Part shown: piece after piece, positions 60,338 through 64,000 of the stretch | Layout: every line of letters begins with the position of its first letter | Numbering within the stretch: position 1 is the stretch's first letter | Assembly (NCBI GenBank): GCA_965649765.1 | Contig: OZ287756.1 | Span: 35,712,001 to 35,776,000, forward strand | Reading direction: 5' to 3' | Source: Bispira polyomma | Lineage: Eukaryota | Length of the DNA stretch: 64,000 bases | The notes under the pieces: generated by a model | Database searches by the model: none | What the model was told of the DNA's origin: nothing | Seen by the model: only the letters and a program-made list of their open reading frames with translations | Position numbers and translations under genes: made by a program

Positions 60338-60567
60338 GGGCCGTATTCTTGAAAGAAATTCAAGCTTCAACCTAGACTCAACTCAAATGAAAAGTATGCG
60401 GAAGTCCTTGTATATGGAGATAACCTGTACTTGTGACCATTCATTTTCATTGCAGAATTCAAATATACACTCAGATTTGACTAAATTTGACCCTAGCCAG
60501 AGATAGGTGGACTTGAGATTTGAGCTGGAGGCTGAGAGGAGCTTGAGATCTTTCGAGAATATTCCCC
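60338..60567. mobile_element. PIF/Harbinger-like MITE with 3-bp CTG TSD
   Basis: CTG|GGGCCGTATTCTTGAAAGA ... TCTTTCGAGAATATTCCCC|CTG. Confidence 0.7.
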
Positions 60568-60893
60568 CTGGTGCTTCAATAAATAAAATCTCATAAGTGA
60601 TAGGAAGGATAAAGGCAGACTGGTATCCGCAGCTATATATAAATGCCCGGGAGTTTTTTCCAACAATCACCTGGCCAGTGCTTTGCCAAATGCCCCGTCT
60701 TCATTGTAACGAGTTAAATCAAATATACATGGCGAGTTACAGTTAAATTTGGCACATATGGCGGGGCACCAGTCGTCTCCATCTATTCTCAACTTATATA
60801 ACTATATGAACTGGTTATGGAATGTTAAAAAAAATATAGGTGCACAAAAATATTTTCTTGACTTGAATAAACAGCAGTTTTATAACAATCAAG

Positions 60894-61146
60894 GGCATCT
60901 TCACACAAGGTCTTAATCCTAACTTAGTCTTAATCCTAAGATTCTGGTGTCTTAATTTGGTCAAACAGGTTAAGATTTGGTTGTTAGTCCCAGTGACAAT
61001 AAGAAACAATCTTCTTTGTTTAGTGTTACTTTTGCTCTTTACACTAAGCCTAAAAGTAGGCAGTCTTAAATATTTTAGACATAAATGTTAGGCTTAAGAC
61101 TAAGTTAAGACAAAGTTAAGACTAAGACCTTTTGCTAATAAGGCCC
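60894..61146. mobile_element. Harbinger-like MITE, same family as 35488-36380
   Basis: AAG flanks on both sides; long imperfect inverted arms GGTCTTAATCCTAACTTAGTCTTAA / TTAAGACTAAGTTAAGAC...AGACC. Confidence 0.65.
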
Positions 61147-61555
61147 AAGGAAAACACCTGATATAACATTTACAAGGCTTTACAAGTGACACACAACTAC
61201 TGAGGAAAGAAACACTGAACATTTTCTAATAAATAAATTCCAATTAGAAAACAGAACAAACTTCCAATTAAAAAACAGAACACGCCATTCGTTACACTTG
61301 AAATTTGCCATACAATGTCATGCATTTATACAGCGCTTTCTCTTTGCAGCTCAAAGCTCTGTACACAGTTTACACCCCTAGTCTGGGTTATTCCACTTAT
61401 CAAGCAATTATTCACTCTCTGCTTTCTAAGGGAGCATACTAGCTGCCACATACAGCACAGAGACTAACACGCAATAGCAGCCAGGTACCCATTTATACAC
61501 ATTTTTACAACAAAACAAGAAATTCGAGAAACTTTAAGCAAAAGAATTTTAACAA

Positions 61556-61620
61556 TACAGTAATAATTGAAACATTATAAAGCGCCAAATTGATGAGAAC
61601 ATCCTCTAAGGCGCTGATAT
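61556..61620 (-). mobile_element. L2-type 3' terminal stem-loop fragment
   Basis: Minus strand AGCGCCTTAGAGGATGTTCTCATCAATTTGGCGCTTATAATG...TTATTA. Confidence 0.5.
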
Positions 61621-62000
61621 TCAAAAAGGGAAAAAAATATCTCTTAACATTTTAAATTCTGGAAGATAAATATTATGATAATTTTTTCAGTTCAAAAGCC
61701 AAGGCCCATATTTTTCAAAGGTCTTATATTAAAACTCACTATCATTACCACATAATCCCTGCCATATTAAATTTGACATATTTGAGTTCCTAACTCAAAG
61801 TTCTGTTGAAATGCTGACATGTGTCGGTTATTCCGATTAATACACAGAAATCTCTATAAATGTATGTGGTGGTATATGAGAGAGTTTGACTTTTAAGACC
61901 TTTCATCTAGACTAGAACTAAACACTTTTGAACTTGCTCACATATAGCCACATAGATCACTTAAGTCCTACACCTTTTCCTCTTAAACCTACTGTAAAAC

Positions 62001-62376
62001 TAGTGTTGTTAACCGTAAAGCAGTTTTCGTTTCGCTATACCTAAAACGAACAACATATGGTTCACATCTAATGATACCAGTTTTTGTAAAAAAAAACTCA
62101 CATTTCTACAGTAAAATATCTAATTTCCCATGATTTGGTCATATTTTACTATTTTATTAACTTTTTCCTTTAGTATTTTTTATATTCCAAAATGCATATG
62201 AAGTTTCTACGTGAGTTTTGGAGGTTGTTTTGACAGGAAACAGGAAGTACAGGCGAATAGCATTATTTGCCGTACAAAAGTATTTATAATACAAGTAAAA
62301 ACGTAATTTACCGGTTTTCCGTCGGTAGCTTGTGAACAACAACCGGTTTTCAAAAACGTAAGCGATAGCAGCACTA
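62001..62376. mobile_element. possible hAT-like MITE between ~80-bp direct repeats
   Basis: Imperfect TIR TAGTGTTGTTAAC / GATAGCAGCACTA; the flanks are duplicated. Confidence 0.45.
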
Positions 62377-62609
62377 GTAAAAACCCTTTTGAACTTGTTC
62401 ACATATAGCCACATAGATCATTTAAGCCCTACACCTCCTCTTAAACCTACTGTAAACACGTAACATGTGATGCACTTTACCAATGATACTGGTATAATAT
62501 ATACACACACACTAACACAGACATTATGTTCACAGACATCACTTGAGAAACACACACACATTGCTCTTCTAATACTGAGTACACATTCACCACTTTTGCA
62601 ATCCAATCT

Positions 62610-63382
62610 TCAACTCAACCACCCCCGAAACGATCTTTTTACTGACATTCTCTTACGTACCATCAGGTTAAAATACACAGCGATTATGATCAAGGTACAC
62701 ACCATATAGAACACCACACAGAGACTGATGTCAAAACTGCTGAAGTTCCAGAACGACCGATACTCCTCCCTTGACTCATTATAGGCCTCTTGTTCTATAT
62801 GCAGAAACTTACTGCGCATCAGATCCTTCTGGAGGTTGTATTTGAGTTCCAGGTGACTTAAACTTACGTCCTCTATACTTTCATTCTCCTCTTGTAGCCG
62901 CTGTTGACGATTTTCAAATTCCCTCCTTATCTTGGGGTCTCGTGGGTTTAGTCTCCTCGCCCCAATCATCATCCCATCGTTAACCCTGCCCATGGCTGTG
63001 TCATTAGCAGCATTCTCACTTCCTTGTCCCGTATCCATGACGATATTCTGCAGGTACACCTGCGACAGGAAACTAAACACTTCCTCTTTGTCCCACTGAA
63101 AGTGTCCATTACCCTCGGCTACACGACACGAGGGACACAGTTCCTGTGTAGGGAACGGCACCTTAAGGTGTTTTGGGTCCTCTGTGAGATCTCCGTGTAA
63201 CCTCTCGTTGACGCTATTGTGCACCTTCCAGAGGTAGAGCACTGAGTCCTTGGGTTGTAAGACTCTGTCGGTCATGTCCTGCGCTTCTTTCTTGAAGTTT
63301 CTAGCACATTCCCTGCAGCCAAAGAAGTGAGTGATGTAACCCTTCATGGCCTTTAACACTTCCTGAGGATTGAAGTCACTGA
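62610..63382 (-). CDS. QSOX1: sulfhydryl oxidase (quiescin Q6/QSOX), last coding exon: Erv/ALR domain C-terminal half + transmembrane anchor
   Basis: FFGCRECARNF redox motif, LWKVHNSVNERL, EDPKHLKVPFP...CPSC, and the C-terminal FSSFDISLCVVFYMVCTLIIIAVYF TM segment; TTTTCTAG acceptor ending at 63383. Upstream exons lie outside the window. Confidence 0.93.
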
Positions 63383-64000
63383 CTAGAAAATAACAAAGAT
63401 ATAGGAGAGAATGTAAGGCTGTCGCAAATAGCCAAAATATAATCCACAATAAGAACATTGCTAATTGGAAGTCAATAATTAAATTTTATTGTTTTACATA
63501 TTTACATGTATTTTTAATAAATGCCCAATTGTGTAACAGATTCGTTATTTTTTTGTGTTCCACATTAATATTACCTGTAGATCAGTTCGATCAACCTTAC
63601 AACTAGCTTGGGGAAACAGTTACAGGAAGTGTGTCATAACATTGTATGACTAGGAGTAGGTGATCTTAATTCATAACCTAGGAATAACCCTTCATAGCAG
63701 TTAACACTTCACTAGCATTGAAGTCGGTGATTAGAACAAATAACATGCTGGAGTACACAAGTTAGTGTAGAAAATTAGCTACTCCTGGTCATGCAATGTT
63801 ATTAATTAATCAAGGCATGGCACTTCTCGTAATAACTGTAATTAATAAAGACTGAAGCAACTTTACACCTCTGAATAGTGATCACCTCTCTAGAATGAAC
63901 ACTTTTCTCGGTCCTGTACTGCAATAAGTGAATTGTACAGTACCTCCAAAAAGTAAACACTTTTTTATAGTGAACCTTTGGCTGGGTTTTATGAGTGTTC

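Noticed and set aside
63383-63458. Signal-peptide-like start MFLLWIIFWLF of the QSOX ORF
   Set aside because: T-rich intron sequence upstream of the splice acceptor; the QSOX N-terminal domains lie outside the window.

Overview
AT-rich animal (invertebrate, probably lophotrochozoan/mollusc-like by inference from SINE types and gene style) genomic DNA with spliced genes. It contains four protein-coding loci. (1) A LIM-homeobox gene of the apterous/Lhx2-Lhx9 class on the minus strand, with four certain coding exons (12502-18635) and two candidate alternative first exons near 23.5-24.5 kb. (2) An intronless ~902-aa ankyrin-repeat protein with a C-terminal RAIDD/caspase-2-like CARD (minus, 42685-45393). 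(3) Head-to-head with it, a three-exon double-CDGSH (CISD3/MiNT-like) Fe-S protein gene missed by the ORF track (plus, 48113-54381), whose last 18 codons including the TGA stop are repeated five times in frame. (4) The last coding exon of a membrane-anchored QSOX sulfhydryl oxidase (minus, 62610-63382). The rest is intron/intergenic DNA carrying an L2/CR1-group LINE with an intact RT frame, L2 3' fragments, at least three tRNA-derived SINE families, TA-flanked and Harbinger-like MITEs, Helentron-like elements with a 147-bp satellite, and several minisatellites. Best leads: the in-frame stop-containing Cys-rich array on the CISD3-like gene, the ankyrin-CARD protein, and a possible homeodomain-less, hydrophobic-tailed apterous isoform. 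All calls come from reading the sequence; no searches were run.
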